From Lama glama (lineage: Eukaryota): a stretch of DNA of 64,000 nt. Location of the stretch: contig CM052817.1 in the NCBI GenBank assembly GCA_028534125.1, positions 74,712,001 to 74,776,000 on the forward strand. The letters are read 5' to 3'. This document shows positions 27,130 through 39,520 of the stretch, one piece after another (position 1 is the first letter of the stretch; every line of letters begins with the position of its first letter). The position numbers were made by a program, and so were the translations under genes. The notes under the pieces were generated by a model. The model was not told the DNA's origin, did not search any database, and worked only from the letters and a program-made list of their open reading frames with translations.

Positions 27130-27910
27130 CACGTCAATAAATCACACAAGCCATGAACCCTGCAATTATTTTAGATGCCTTCTTTACTCACCACCTCCAC
27201 CCATTCTTGCTAATTCTACCTTCCTGGTGTCTGTTGAGTCTCTGCCCTTTCATCCCTGCCTTAGTTCAGAGGGTTATCTCTTAGCTTGACTTACTGCCGC
27301 TCCTCCCTAATTTTTCTTCCTGCTTCCAGATTTCCTTTTTAACAAGCTATTGTCCTTCTACTTAAGGAATAATCTGCCTAAATATGCACATTTGATCATG
27401 TTACTTCTTATTGCTCAAAAGTCTTTAATTAAATAGATCCCTGTTCATAATAAGATAAAACCTAGATTGGCATACTAACCCTTTCATTATGTGGTGCTTG
27501 GCACGATCCCCAAACGTATTTCTTGCCACTTACTGCACCAACTCACCAGACAAATGGAACTACTTGCAATCTGTCATGTGTATTCTGTCCTCTCTAATAC
27601 ATATCAGCTTTAGTATTTCTTTCATCTCTTCTCAACTCTGTCCTCACCCTTCCCTGGGCTCTTTCCTCTTCAACTATCAGCTCAGATGCTACCTTTTAAG
27701 TCAAGACGTCTTAGTCTGAGTGATGCCTTTCTGCCCCAAATTTCTCTTATGGTTTTCTGTGCTCATGGTTGCTCACTGTAGTTATTCATATATCAGTTTC
27801 TCCACTGTAGACATTGCATTATAAATACACTTTTTATATCTGTATTCCAAGCACTTAGCACAGACCTGAGACCCAGGAAACACACTTAAGTGTTTGTTGA
27901 ATGAATGAAA
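27130..27910 (+). mobile_element. L2 3' fragment
   Basis: Pyrimidine-rich body ending gcacttagcacagacctg...gtttgttgaatgaatgaa, the typical L2 3' terminus. Confidence 0.7.
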
Positions 27911-28309
27911 GAGCATTCTCATTCTTTTTTGCCCTACTGTTTCCATATCAGCACATGTTAGTATCTGGGATGAGAATTCGGGGTGGGAATAGGGCTAAAT
28001 TTACGTATGATGAGACAAAATATATTTAACTGTTATCTTTTGACCACTTTGTCTCAAGTAAGACCCCCTTTCTAGCATTCTCCTAGCATTAAGCACATGT
28101 TTATTTTCTTCTCTCCCCTACTGAGCTTTGAGTCATTCATGGCAAGAGCCACATCTGTCTTGTTCATTGATGTATAGTCAGTGTCCAGCACAGAATAAGT
28201 TCACAAATAATCAATTAATTCCCTTTGGGGGAAGTCTAGGGGAAGACTGGGAGAGGCTCTGTTTTTTTCTTGAGTCCACATTATTTTGACCCTTTAAAGA
28301 TGACCTTGC

Positions 28310-28395
28310 GGGGAAAGTAATAACTTGGTGGTAGAGCATATGGTTAGCATGCACAAGGCTCTGGGTTCAATCCCCAGTACTTCCATTAAAAAAAA
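28310..28395 (+). mobile_element. tRNA-derived SINE (camelid Vic-type), diverged
   Basis: A-box-like tggtggtagagc, B box gggttcaatccc, then cagtacttcca and an A-rich tail. Confidence 0.85.
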
Positions 28396-29213
28396 TAGTA
28401 ACAAAGATAGCCTAATTTTTGACACTATCTGTGTAGTATTGCCTTTCTTCCTTGTTGTCCTGCTTAAGTTAGAGATGTTACAAAGTAAGGCATTCCATGT
28501 TTATTGGAAAATATGAATTCAATATGCCAAGTTTACCATGATTTTATACACTGTATATATAATTATATGCTATAATCTTTGGCATATCAGTTACATCTCA
28601 ATAAAAATATTATTTAAAAATACAAATAAATGCAAATATATTATTTTAACCCTAGTAGAAAACTTAAAATGAAATAATAACAAAAGGCAGGCAACCTGGT
28701 CATTTTCTTAAGTTCTTTAATCACCATTTCCCTCATGTTGGAAGGCTTCCTATCTTTTTATAAATCAATATTAACAGATTACTCATGAATATCCAGATAA
28801 TACACAAGTCATCAAAAGTTTTAATAAGTGGACAAATTTCACTCACAGTCTTAGCGTGGCTACGTTTATCCCTCTAAAACTTGGGTACCAATTATTTAAG
28901 TGCATATAATGTTTGCTTTCATTTTACAGAATAAACTATAACATAGCCCTGCAGACAAAATGAAGAAATTATACTTTTTGGTCATCCCTAGCCCTAGAGT
29001 TATTTTAGGGTTAAACATATAAAAATATATTGAATGTTTGGGCAAAAGAATAAGTATACATACATATAATTAAAATCTTGATACTTAATATTTACAGGAT
29101 AGATATTACTAAAAATAAGACAGGTGGTTTGGAGACAAACTACCTCTTACCTGCTGAGTCTTTTCTGGACGATATGCACGGACACTAGCTTTATGTCAGA
29201 TTGTGAAACTTAC

Positions 29214-29347
29214 CTGTAAGATTCTTTATGAATGAAATGATTATCTTGGGCTTCTCTTCTAATATTCCAGAATCTACCACATCTTTAGGATCTTGTGATG
29301 CTGGCTCTGGAACAGCTTTTTTAAAGAGAGCAGAACAGTCAGTGATC
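29214..29347 (-). CDS. Exon of the EF-hand gene (134 bp)
   Basis: Acceptor cattttctcacatcacag, consensus donor CAG|gtaagt; stop-free ITDCSALFKKAVPEPASQDPKDVVDSGILEEKPKIIISFIKNLT; phase 2 to 1, joins the EF-hand exon in frame. Confidence 0.72.
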
Positions 29348-29896
29348 CTGTGATGTGAGAAAATGAATAGCCACATACTTGGTGAATATCGAGGCAAACA
29401 AAATGTGGGTCTAAATTATCACTCTAAGTCTGTAATCACCTCACTAAGTGATCTGGAACACAATGTTTCATTCCATGCTGTTTTCAGTTACAAACACAGT
29501 AAAATGCCTACATGTTCTCACAGGTTAATGTTTCATTTCCTTTTCCCCGCTTGGCTCAGTGCTTTATGTGTGTGACTCCTCAGAAGGATAATTCACTTCT
29601 TTGTTTTTTCAAATTATTGAGTATCCACTCTGTGCCAGGCACAGGACTACGTACGTGGCTACCAGGTTGAATAAGACATTGTCTTTGGCACAAAGGCCTT
29701 ACTGTCTAACAGTACGTTTGATAGCAAGAGGTTTTCGGAAGTGTGATGTGGTAGAACGGGCCCAGGTTGAGAATTCTAGTATAATTAGTCTTCTCTAATG
29801 TCGTTTCGACCAACTCTGTTAAAAAATAGCCACAGTGACAATGACAAATATAAAAAGAATGACTTCAAGTAGCTCAAGAAACCAAACAAGAGCTAC

Positions 29897-30008
29897 CCAT
29901 TTGAGAACTGGAAGAGGAACGCTGACTACATATAAAACATCAGATGGCATGATATGAAAGACTCTGTCATGCTCGAGGAATGGAAGATCCCCAGGAGTTT
30001 TGGGGATC
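29897..30008 (-). pseudogene. Candidate bridging exon of the EF-hand gene, with an in-frame TAG unless a weak upstream donor after 29930 is used
   Basis: Strong acceptor tcctttcctattctctag; the phase 1 to 2 reading is GSPKLLGIFHSSSMTESFISCHLMFYM*SAFLFQFSNG with TAG at 29928-29926. Confidence 0.45.
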
Positions 30009-30094
30009 CTAGAGAATAGGAAAGGACAACTTGCTGTGATCACTTTGTTGAACCCACAAAAATGCTTATAATATGAATTAGAAATCCCAAACTT

Positions 30095-30204
30095 AAAAAA
30101 AAAATTTTTTTAAATTTTACTTTAATGGAGGTACTGGGGATTGAACCCAGGACCTCGTGCATGGTAAGCACACGCTCTACCACTGAGCTATACCCTTCCC
30201 CCTC
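30095..30204 (-). mobile_element. tRNA-derived SINE (camelid Vic-type) with a 13-bp target-site duplication
   Basis: Minus strand gggtatagctcagtggtagagcg...gaggtcctgggttcaatccccagtacctcca plus A-rich tail; TSD aaatcccaaactt at 30082-30094 and 30205-30217. Confidence 0.92.
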
Positions 30205-30837
30205 AAATCCCAAACTTTTTAAATGCAACAATTTCTCAATCCTGGACTTTGTGAGAGTGATAGCTCTAAATGTATTGTACATACAAAGTAGAAGTTCTCT
30301 TATTCTGAGAGAGAGGCGTGTAGTGAAGACAAGAAATTCTCACTTTAGTCCAGCAAAGGCTCATTTCTATATTATACTCTAACCACTGCACCAACTTCCA
30401 GATGTGAATCTTTGTCAAACTCTTCTGGGAAAAACCAACACTGTCTACTTACTCTCTGAGAAAGTTTATTTCCCTGCTCTACACTGGCACCAGAACAGCT
30501 GACTATTGCTAGAGAACACCACAGTGCTGGTCAGTCTTTCATTACACACATGGTCCCAATCTTAACTGGGTTGTCAACACTGCCTTTTATCCTTTCTTAG
30601 TAGATTTTCTATTGTTGCATTCTCTTTTATTAATCTTCCTACAGTCCCTCTTCTCTCTCAGCTTCAGATGATGCTTTTACATCATACTTCTTTCAGGAAA
30701 TAGAAATAGTCATGAATTTCCTCACGTACTCTACATCAAATCCACCAGCCTTCCCTGCTTCTATATCTACATCCCTTTTGCTTTGATAATTGTTAAAACA
30801 CATGATATCTCAGTTCCCATCAAAAGTCAATTCCTCT

Positions 30838-31521
30838 GCCTCCTACTGTTGGTAAGAATGTAAATTCTATGGAAAACAATATCTCCATACTGTTTTCTTA
30901 AAAAAATAAAAATAGAGTAATCATATGATCCAGCAATCCCAATCCTGAGCATATATCCCGAGGGAACTCTAATTTGAAAAGATACCTGCACCCCAATGTT
31001 CATACCGGCACTATTTACAATAGCTAAGACATGGAAACAAACTAATGTCCGTTGACAGATGAGTGGATAAAGAAGATGTAGTATATATATACAATGGAAT
31101 ACTACTCAGCCACAAAGAAGAATGAAATAATGACATTTGCAACAACATGGATGGACCTAGAAATTATCATACTAAGTGAAGTAAGTCAGAGAAAGGCAAA
31201 TATCATATGACATCAATTATATGTGGAATCTAAAAAGATGATACAAATGAACTTATGTACAAAACAGAAACAGACCCATAGACGTAAAAAACAAAATTAC
31301 GATTACCAAAGGGGAAAGGGAGAGGGGTATAAATTGGGAATTTGGGATTAGCAGCTACACACTAATAGATAAACAACAAGGGCCTACTGTATACCACAGG
31401 GAACTATATTCAATATCTTATATTATCTATAATGAAAAAATATGAAAAATTATATATATATAAAACTGAATCACTATGCTGTACACCAGAAACATTGTAA
31501 GTCAACTGTACTTCAATTTAA
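30838..31521 (+). mobile_element. 5'-truncated L1 (ORF2 end and 3' UTR) with TSD
   Basis: catatgatccagcaatccca, tgcaccccaatgttcat, caatggaatactactcagcca and caacaacatggatggacctaga; TSD aaaagtcaRttcctct at 30822-30837 and 31522-31537 (1 mismatch). Confidence 0.92.
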
Positions 31522-32109
31522 AAAAGTCAGTTCCTCTCTACTTGCAGTTTAGATACCATGCTGATTTGTCAAGGATGTACTACAGCAATTACTCACCATC
31601 TTTCCTGTGTATTAATTTCTCTCCATATATATACCTCCAGCAGCATAAAAATATTTCTCACTCTCACCCATATTTTTAAACAAATTCTTAATACTGTGTT
31701 TCCCTCCATTAATCTATTTTCTCTTCCCTGTTAAAAACAAAACTTCTCCAAAGGGTTTCCCCATTCTTTATATAATCCACTTCTAATCCACTTTTGTTAG
31801 ACTTCCACCTTCATCATTCTATCCAACTGTTTTTCCAAGACTTCCAATGACGTCTATCTTGTCAAAATCAAGGATCATTTTCATCTTTATCTTATTAAAC
31901 TTTAACCTCTCAGAATGTTTGACATAATTCCCTCTGTCTTGAAATAACTTTTCTTAATTTTTCTGTCTCAATTTCTTCTATAAAGGAGAACACGGTACCT
32001 ATGTTTGACCTGAGCCATATGGTTGTGATGGTTAAATGAGTTAATACAAGAACAGAATTTAGAATAGTGCTTGGCATATGATATTTCTCAATAAATGAAA
32101 GCTATTATT

Positions 32110-33270
32110 GTGTCCTGTGATGTGCTATCCTATTTCCCCTCCTATTTCAGTGATCACTTCTAGGTTTGGTTTCTGGCTCTGTCTCTGCTGTCAGATCTCT
32201 AAATTTTGGAGCTCCTCAGAACTGAAGCCCTGGGCCCTTTTCTCTTTTCTGTCATAACTCTCTCCCTGTATGATCCCACAGAGCACCCTGCCCTTGATTA
32301 TTGTACATATGTTGATGCCCCAAATTCATGTCTTCATCTCTTACCTGTCGCTACAGTTCCCAACTTAACTGTCTACCTGGCATTGTCACTTTAAAGTCTA
32401 ATAGCACTTCAAATTTTAAATGTTAAAAGCAGAATTTTTAGTTTCCTCTGTGGTTTTCCCCATATTGTATATAGCACTAATCCTCACCCAGTTTCTTAGA
32501 CACCTTGATTGCTTTGTTTTCCTCATTCATCAATCAGTTAAGTCCTGTGGGCTCTACCATTGGAAGTTTTCCTGAAACCCTTCGTTTCTCTCTGCCTCAG
32601 CCATGAGGACCTCTTTCCAGAATACTACACAAAGCTCCTAAGAGGTCTCTCACCTTCCATTCTTGGCTTTCTAGTGTCTAATTTCTACCCAACAACAACC
32701 AGAGTCATCTTCATCCTGCCATGTCCCTCCCCTGGTGAAGCTCCCCAGGCTTCTGCATACTGCAGCCCCCATGATCCTATGGTTCTCACCATGGCCTGCG
32801 CTCTCAGCCAGCTCTCCCATGCTTCCCACTTCCTCACTGAGCTTCAGCCTTCCAGGATTTTCTACGTTTCTCCAATGGGCTCAGCTCATTTCTCCCCTAA
32901 GGTCTTTGCACTGCTGTTCCCTCTGCACAGAACGCCCCTCCTTCTGGTCTTCACGTGGGTCCCCTTTCTTCTCACACAGGAATCTGTCCAAATGCCTTCA
33001 GCTCAGGGGTCTTTCCTGATCACTCAGTCTAAACTAGTCTTCTCTGGTGGTTTATTATATAATCACTCTTTCTTAATTTCTTTGTTAACACTTATCATTA
33101 TCTAAGATCATCCGATTGATGTGTTTCTTTTTTCCTTGTTTATGGTTATTTCTCCCAGTGAGTAATGCAGCAAGAGCTTCCTGAAGAAGGGATCTTCTTC
33201 AGTGCTGGGTCCTCAGTGAGCAGAGCAAGATCTGACACCTGGTACTTGCTAAATAAATATTGTTGAATAG
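32110..33270 (+). mobile_element. L2 fragment
   Basis: gccctgggcccttttctctttt, ggtctttgcactgctgttccctctgc, ending cctggtacttgctaaataaatattgttgaat. Confidence 0.75.
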
Positions 33271-33954
33271 GGGAAGGTTCAAGAGGGGATGTTTCTAACA
33301 AAATGTGAGAACAGCCAAGAACAATCCATGTATTCTCTCTGTTGGCACCACTAAACCTTCAAGGTGGCCTCTCCTTAACTATAAGTAAACAGTCCATCCC
33401 TTAAAGTATAACATCCCTTCCAAGCTCTACCCCTGGTCAGCGAGGACTTGAATACCAAAAATATTGGGTTGCAAAGAATATGGAATATTCACACCTAAGT
33501 GTCAAAGAAAAGTCTGTTAAATGCAGGACTTGCTTTCTCAGTTAATCTCCCTCAGGCTGCTGTGACAAGTTGGAGGATCCCCTAATTTTCTCCATTCATG
33601 AATTGTTGATAATAATCTCTGCCTTTTTGCAAGTGTCAGCTGCTCAAATAAAATATTTCCCACATCAAATGCTTTGCCAATATGTTATTGTCATTACTAG
33701 TACATGTGGCATTTGGATTATTTACAGAAGCAGGGATTGGTTTGGAAAAATCCGAATTCTCTCCTCATGATGATTGCCATGTATCTTTCATGCATGTATT
33801 CATTCCTTCAACAAATATGTACAGAATACCTAATATGTGCCAGGAAATAAGCCTGAAAATAAGCAATGAGTTACTAAACATATACTGTTTATGTCCGCCT
33901 TTTTCTGAATATCATACTAAAGCAAATTATCAGTATCACCAATGACCAACATAC

Positions 33955-34150
33955 CAGAAATGTCATAATTTGGACTAGACATGACATATGGCAGTCCTGT
34001 AGTGTAAAATTTCTTTTCTTTTTCTTGGAAGGATTGAGTTGGTGATGTATATAAATTTAAATATTCTGTCCTGGTGATATTCAATATATTCTCCATAACA
34101 TAAAGATTGTCTTTCAGTTGGGAAAGCTGCAAAAACACATCATCCAGGTC
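33955..34150 (-). CDS. Exon of the EF-hand gene (196 bp)
   Basis: Acceptor gtttgctttctag, donor TG|gtatgt; 65 stop-free codons in AT-rich DNA: DLDDVFLQLSQLKDNLYVMENILNITRTEYLNLYTSPTQSFQEKEKKFYTTGLPYVMSSPNYDIS; phase 0 to 1. Confidence 0.68.
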
Positions 34151-34420
34151 CTAGAAAGCAAACTGTAAATAGTGAGCGTTAAGAAGAAGATAGAAAGTGC
34201 TCAATCAAAATAATTTTGATTATTTTACATTATGTCCTGAAAAAAAGAGATGCTACAAAAGCACATCTAGAGAAAATACTTAATACACAAAGGTGGCTTC
34301 CAATAGTACATTACAAAAAAGTCTATATTTAAGATAGCTTATTATTTAAATTATTTTATTATCAATTTTTCCTTCTTGATTTCTTGAGGTTTAAAAGTCT
34401 GCCTATCAGGTGAACTGTAC

Positions 34421-34559
34421 CTTACTTGATCTAAATGGAGAAGAAAGATCATTAGATTGGACTTTATTTGAAATAAAATTATACATGTGGCATGGAAGTT
34501 TACTCTTTGAAGGAATTCTACCATAAAACTCTATGAGGCAAGTATTTCCATTAATATTT
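34421..34559 (-). CDS. Candidate exon of the EF-hand gene (139 bp)
   Basis: Acceptor tttatttctataag (uncertain), donor AAG|gtacag; stop-free NINGNTCLIEFYGRIPSKSKLPCHMYNFISNKVQSNDLSSPFRSSK; phase 2 to 0 fits both neighbours. Confidence 0.5.
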
Positions 34560-35101
34560 CTTATAGAAATAAATCCAGTGAAAGAGAAGTATATATTCAA
34601 ACTATTTAAGACAATTAAACATGTAAAACTAATTGTCAAATTTCCATCTTGGGCTCATAATAATGTTCAATTGCAAACAGTCTTATAATTTCCCACGTCA
34701 GTGAGGCATCTCAGGGGTGAAAGATGAAAACCTATGCTTATTTTCTAATGCAAACTGTAGAGAAAATATACATAAAAAATATATATACATATATATATAT
34801 ATTTATAGTGAATATATATATATACACTATAAAATAACTCATTTGGCAACACCTGTTAACTGGGTCTATTAAGAACTTTGAAATGATAAACAGTGACTTC
34901 TCTATTAATGTCTACTTCAGTTATTTTGTGTTGCATCTAGAAACACACAATTTAAGCATTGAGATATTAAATGTGAAGAACACTTTACTAAAATTAGTTT
35001 CCTGGTTGTGCTGACAAATAGAACAAATAATTTTCCGACAGGAGCCAGAGATCCAGTGACTTAAATGCTGTATGGGTAATCTAATTATAAACAAGCCTTT
35101 G

Positions 35102-35115
35102 GTGACATCTAGTGG
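35102..35115 (-). promoter_or_regulatory. CTCF core motif (CCACTAGATGTCAC)
   Basis: + strand gtgacatctagtgg. Confidence 0.55.
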
Positions 35116-37244
35116 TGAAATATAGATTTATTTATTCACTTTTTTCTAACTTTAAAGATGCCACTACTGTATATAATCTTGAGTGATGCTAGGACAAATT
35201 GGAGTTTGGAACAGAATGGAGAAATTTAGCAAACTTCTTTCCTTCAATAAAAAACCTTAAAGCTTATTAAGAACAAAGAGGAAGACATAAAAGAGAAGTA
35301 AATGTTAAAGATTTTTACATTTTATTGTGAGAAATTTACGTAGAGAATAAAATTTAAAACAATTTGCTCACCAGCTTATATTGTAAATAAACTTTTTATG
35401 CAATTATGTTTGCCTGGTGTAGCTCTTCTCTAGTTCTAAGTAGAAGTACCACACTACTTGCTCTGGTTGGCAATATTCCAGGAATGTGGATTAAGAATAA
35501 GAGAACAGTTGGAAACTGTGTATATATTTCCTATTTTCCATTATTTGCCATTATTCATTATATTTTATTACCACTATAATTTTTAGGATGATAGAGTAAA
35601 GATGTCCTTATAATTGGTGGCAGCAAATTTTGTTGACCTAGTTTTCAATTATATGCTATTTGAGCAAAATAACTTGCCAAACAATTTGGCAAGTCTTTGA
35701 TTTTTACTTGGCTGTAGGGCACAAAATGATCTATATTTTTAACAAATGAACCCCCTTAGAGCTGGAGTCAGCATGTTTCAGTGGCAGAAATACAGTGCTA
35801 GAGACAGTCAAAGCCTGTATTCAGGTGTATATTGACTAACAGAAATCCCAGGAAATTAGTTAATATCTTTAAGTCCAACCTCGTTTTTAGAATGAACATA
35901 TTAGATTAGACAAATTTCAAGCTTCCCCTGAATTCCGACCTTATTTTAGTTTTATATGACTATCTATATGCTTTATTTATTCACTGGAACAAAATTCTAC
36001 CAAAGAGTAGGGAAAAAAATTACAATTATTCTTCTAAAGGCTGTGTCTACGTATTACAAGTGGAATTAGAATTTTGTTAATTACCCAGTTAATTTAATTA
36101 CTTTTAGCATTTAAATCCAAACTCAATTTTTCAGAGCCTCATTTACCTACATTAATGTGTCTATGTTGATTAAATTAAACATTTAGTCTGCACTTTGCTG
36201 TGTTGATTTAGCCCTGTGAACTGACAGGGAAATAATGAGAGAGGATATAATAACATAGACTACAGAGCTCCTCGGGGGAAATGCGTGTTTTCTTTCCGCT
36301 AGATATGCCCCACTACCTTGATAACACTCTAAATGAGCAAGAAAATATTTGAAATACGTAGTCAAAATTTTAGGGACAAGTATTGTTTTTATCAATTCAT
36401 TAAAAACCAGTTACTGAGTACCTACTCCATGCCAAGGGCACTGTGTCTGGGGAGACGGTGGGGAAGAGCGGACCCAAGCCTTCGTGGAGCGGACAGCCAG
36501 TCTAGCTGGGAAAGTTGGCATCGACTGAATTAGAACTAAATGGAGCTTTGCGAGAGCCTGTGGGACTTTGTGATAACGAGACACACGAATTTTGTCGGGA
36601 AATTTAGGATGCATATTAAAAAGGTAAATTTTATCCACTATTTCTGAGATGCCTCTAAAACAAAGATTTTCAATCTATTTTAGTCTGTCTTCTTTCAGGA
36701 ACTAAAAGTGAAAACTTTACTCAAATACAGAATTGAAAGACTGCAGGGTATGGTCAGTTGCAGTGTGTGTCACAAGAAACGGCTTACTTTTTGAAAAAAA
36801 TAGAGCAAACCCCAAATCACTCTGCAATCATGCTCTTCTCACTCTTGTTTGCTGTGATGCTTTGGTGAGTGGGAGAAAGTGTCTATAGCTGGTGCGTCAG
36901 GACTTTTACAGGCTTGTGAAGGGGGACAATTAACGGTGTCTGTCTGTCTTGAATATGAAGGTTGAAGAAACCAAAGCCCTTACTTTGCTTTGGAGTATCT
37001 TTTGTGGTATTAACTTTCCTCTGATTTGGTATCATACATGATCCTTAGGCTCTTTTGTTTTCCAGAAAAAGGGTCAATTTTTTTGTCCTCTTGCAAAAAA
37101 TCTACAGATCTACTGGCATGTTTGGCTATAGGATTCAGATCCCACAACTCTAACTGAGGCCTACAGTGCACCCAGTGCTGCCAGTGTTATGTGATTCCCA
37201 CAACATGGTTTGATGTGTAATGAAATGGAAGCTGGTAAACATTA

Positions 37245-37895
37245 ATTAGAAAAGACACCTGCACCCCCAAGTTTGTTACAACACTATTTACAATACCCAA
37301 GACATGGGAACAATCTAAATGTCCACTGATGGATGAACGAATGAATGGATAAAGATTATGTGGTGTATATATACAATGGAATATTATTCAGCCATAAAAA
37401 TGCAATCTTGACATTTGCAACAATATGGATGAAACTTCAGGGCATTATGCTAAGTGATATAAATCAGACTAAGGCAAATATTGTATGTTCTCACTTGCAC
37501 TACGTGGGATCTAACAACAGCAGCAACAGTAAAACAAGCTCAGAGATACAGAGAACAGATTGGTGACTGGTGGTTGCCAGAAGCAGAGGGTGGGGGCAAA
37601 ATGGGTGAAGAGGGTTACAGAGTTCAAGTTATAAAATAAATATTCATGAAGATGTTTATGTACAGCTTGGTGACTATAGTTAATAATACTGTATGGCATA
37701 TTTGAAAGTTGCTAAGAAAGTAAATCTTAAAAGTTCTCATCACAAGAAAAAAAATCTGTAACTATGTGTGGTGATGAATGTTAACCAGACTTATCCTGGT
37801 GATCATTTTGCAGTATATACACATATTTAATCATTATGTTGTATACCTGAAACGAATGCCATGTTAAATGTCCATTATACATTAAAAAAAAAAAC
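37245..37895 (+). mobile_element. L1 3' fragment (L1MA/L1MB-like)
   Basis: gtccactgatggatgaa, acaatggaatattattcagccataaaa and gaaagttgctaagaaagtaaatcttaaaagttctcatcacaa, ending in poly(A). Confidence 0.9.
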
Positions 37896-38443
37896 GCGAA
37901 AGGAAAAAGGAAATGGAATAGCAATTCAGTCCATCAATGGGTAGGATTATTTGTTGGTTCTTGGCAGGCGTTGTCCGACTGCTTTCTAAAAAATACTTCA
38001 AGTTTACAGTATCACTAGTGCCTGTTTTGCCCATCACTGACCTTGATAAATATTCGTTGACTGAATAGTTATAATGTTTGATATAAAGTCTGCTGATAAG
38101 CTCATTGGCACTCAGATCTGACCTCGAGTCTAGGTGTCTGTCTTTTACCCTTTGTCCCTTTGCTCATTTCCATGCAATTTTGTTCAGATGTCTCCTAAAT
38201 ACATTTAATCTCAGATGCATCATGCAAGGAGTTCTGAAAACCCAGCTTCACTCTTTTAATGCAGCATTTTTCCCAAGAAAATCTCCATGCCTGCATGTTA
38301 GTGAGTCACTTAACAACTGATCAATTAGCAATAAGACACTGACTCAGAAATAAAGAAAAAGTTTCAACAAAATGGTATGAGCAGATGACAAATCTGGGAA
38401 AGAATGCTTCCTTTTTTTTTTTTTTTCCATTTAGCCCACTGAC

Positions 38444-38567
38444 CCTTTTTTTCTGGACTGGAATAGGGATGCCTTCAAAGATGTTCTTATGCTGCTGCAC
38501 AGAACTGTTCTGTGCTGTTTATGGTTGAAGACAAGCTCGCCATTCAGTGAGGCAACCCTGCCGCTGT
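38444..38567 (-). CDS. Candidate exon of the EF-hand gene (124 bp)
   Basis: Acceptor ttcttttgtgtgtaag, donor GG|gtcagt; (D)SGRVASLNGELVFNHKQHRTVLCSSIRTSLKASLFQSRKK(G); phase 1 to 2. Confidence 0.45.
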
Positions 38568-38938
38568 CTTACACACAAAAGAACGATTCAAGGGTAACCG
38601 ACTTGATATCCTAGTATTATATCCTAAACATAAAATATTTGCAGTCCTAGTCTGAAGTATACATTTGAAATGTAAAGCAGGAAAGACATGTGAATATAGA
38701 CTCAGTTATTAACACTACTTGTATTATTAAACATAGTTTATTGGAAAACATTCCCAGGATATAAGTAGTGAGTTATTTGTTTGGGGAGGTAGGTAGAAAT
38801 TCCTCCTCCTTACTAAACAATCTCGTTTGATTTCTTCATGTTCAGTAAATTCTAAGCACTGGGGAATACATTTTCCTTCCTATAACTCAATGTGGTTTGC
38901 ATTAGTCCTTAATAAATATATTATGATATGCTCCATAC

Positions 38939-38985
38939 CTCCGTTTGCAGTTTCAGAAATCATTGTGTAGCTTCCTGCCAACCAC
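38939..38985 (-). CDS. Candidate small exon of the EF-hand gene (47 bp)
   Basis: Acceptor ttgttcattttggag (weak GAG), donor GAG|gtatgg; WLAGSYTMISETANG; phase 2 to 1. Confidence 0.4.
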
Positions 38986-39082
38986 CTCCAAAATGAACAA
39001 ACAGGCTATTGCACTCAAGGTGAGTAACTGTGTATCTTTTAAAATTGAATTATTAGCCTTTTAAAAAATTAATCATCCTCAC

Positions 39083-39210
39083 TTGTGCACCAGCCTCGAC
39101 AGACTACTGACCTCCTCTAAGCGCTGTTGAAGGTTATTCAAAGTGGTGGTGATATTTTCAAGTCGTTTTTCGAAGGCATTCGTTTTTGAACCAACAGGAT
39201 TCTGTAGCTG
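39083..39210 (-). CDS. Candidate exon of the EF-hand gene, coiled-coil-like (128 bp)
   Basis: Acceptor cctcttttttag, donor AA|gtgagg; QLQNPVGSKTNAFEKRLENITTTLNNLQQRLEEVSSLSRLVH(K) with heptad-spaced hydrophobic residues; phase 0 to 2. Confidence 0.6.
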
Positions 39211-39424
39211 CTAAAAAAGAGGCATCACAAAGGCAGTACATGAGGCAAAAACAATGAGATCATTAGTTGGATTGCAGGTAAAATTACTTGAAGTTGTTTG
39301 ATTTTTCTTCATAGAGCATAATTTTTTTTTCAGCAAGGTAAATCTAAGAAATTGTCCACACCGAAGAATTCATTTGATTTAGATATATGAACTTACATAT
39401 AGAGATATAGAGATATGAACTTAC

Positions 39425-39520
39425 ATGTCCCTTTAAAACAATTATCAACATAGTTGTACAAATATGTCAAAAATTTTCCGTTGTAATCTCTTCTTGTTGC
39501 GGTTGATTATTGGAAACTTG
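39425..39520 (-). pseudogene. Candidate disabled exon (96 bp)
   Basis: Acceptor tttgcctgcag, donor AT|gtaagt; all three frames contain a stop; the phase 0 reading QVSNNQPQQEEITTENF*HICTTMLIIVLKGH has TGA at 39469-39467. Confidence 0.4.

Noticed and set aside
30130..30204. Possible tRNA-Ala gene
   Set aside because: The A-rich tail, TSD and a second diverged copy show it is a SINE
32560..33105. 181-aa + strand ORF
   Set aside because: Lies within a degraded L2; pyrimidine-rich composition suppresses stop codons
34770..34835. AT-rich palindrome (tttatagtg...cactataaa around a TA run)
   Set aside because: Mostly a self-complementary (TA)n microsatellite with no evidence of function
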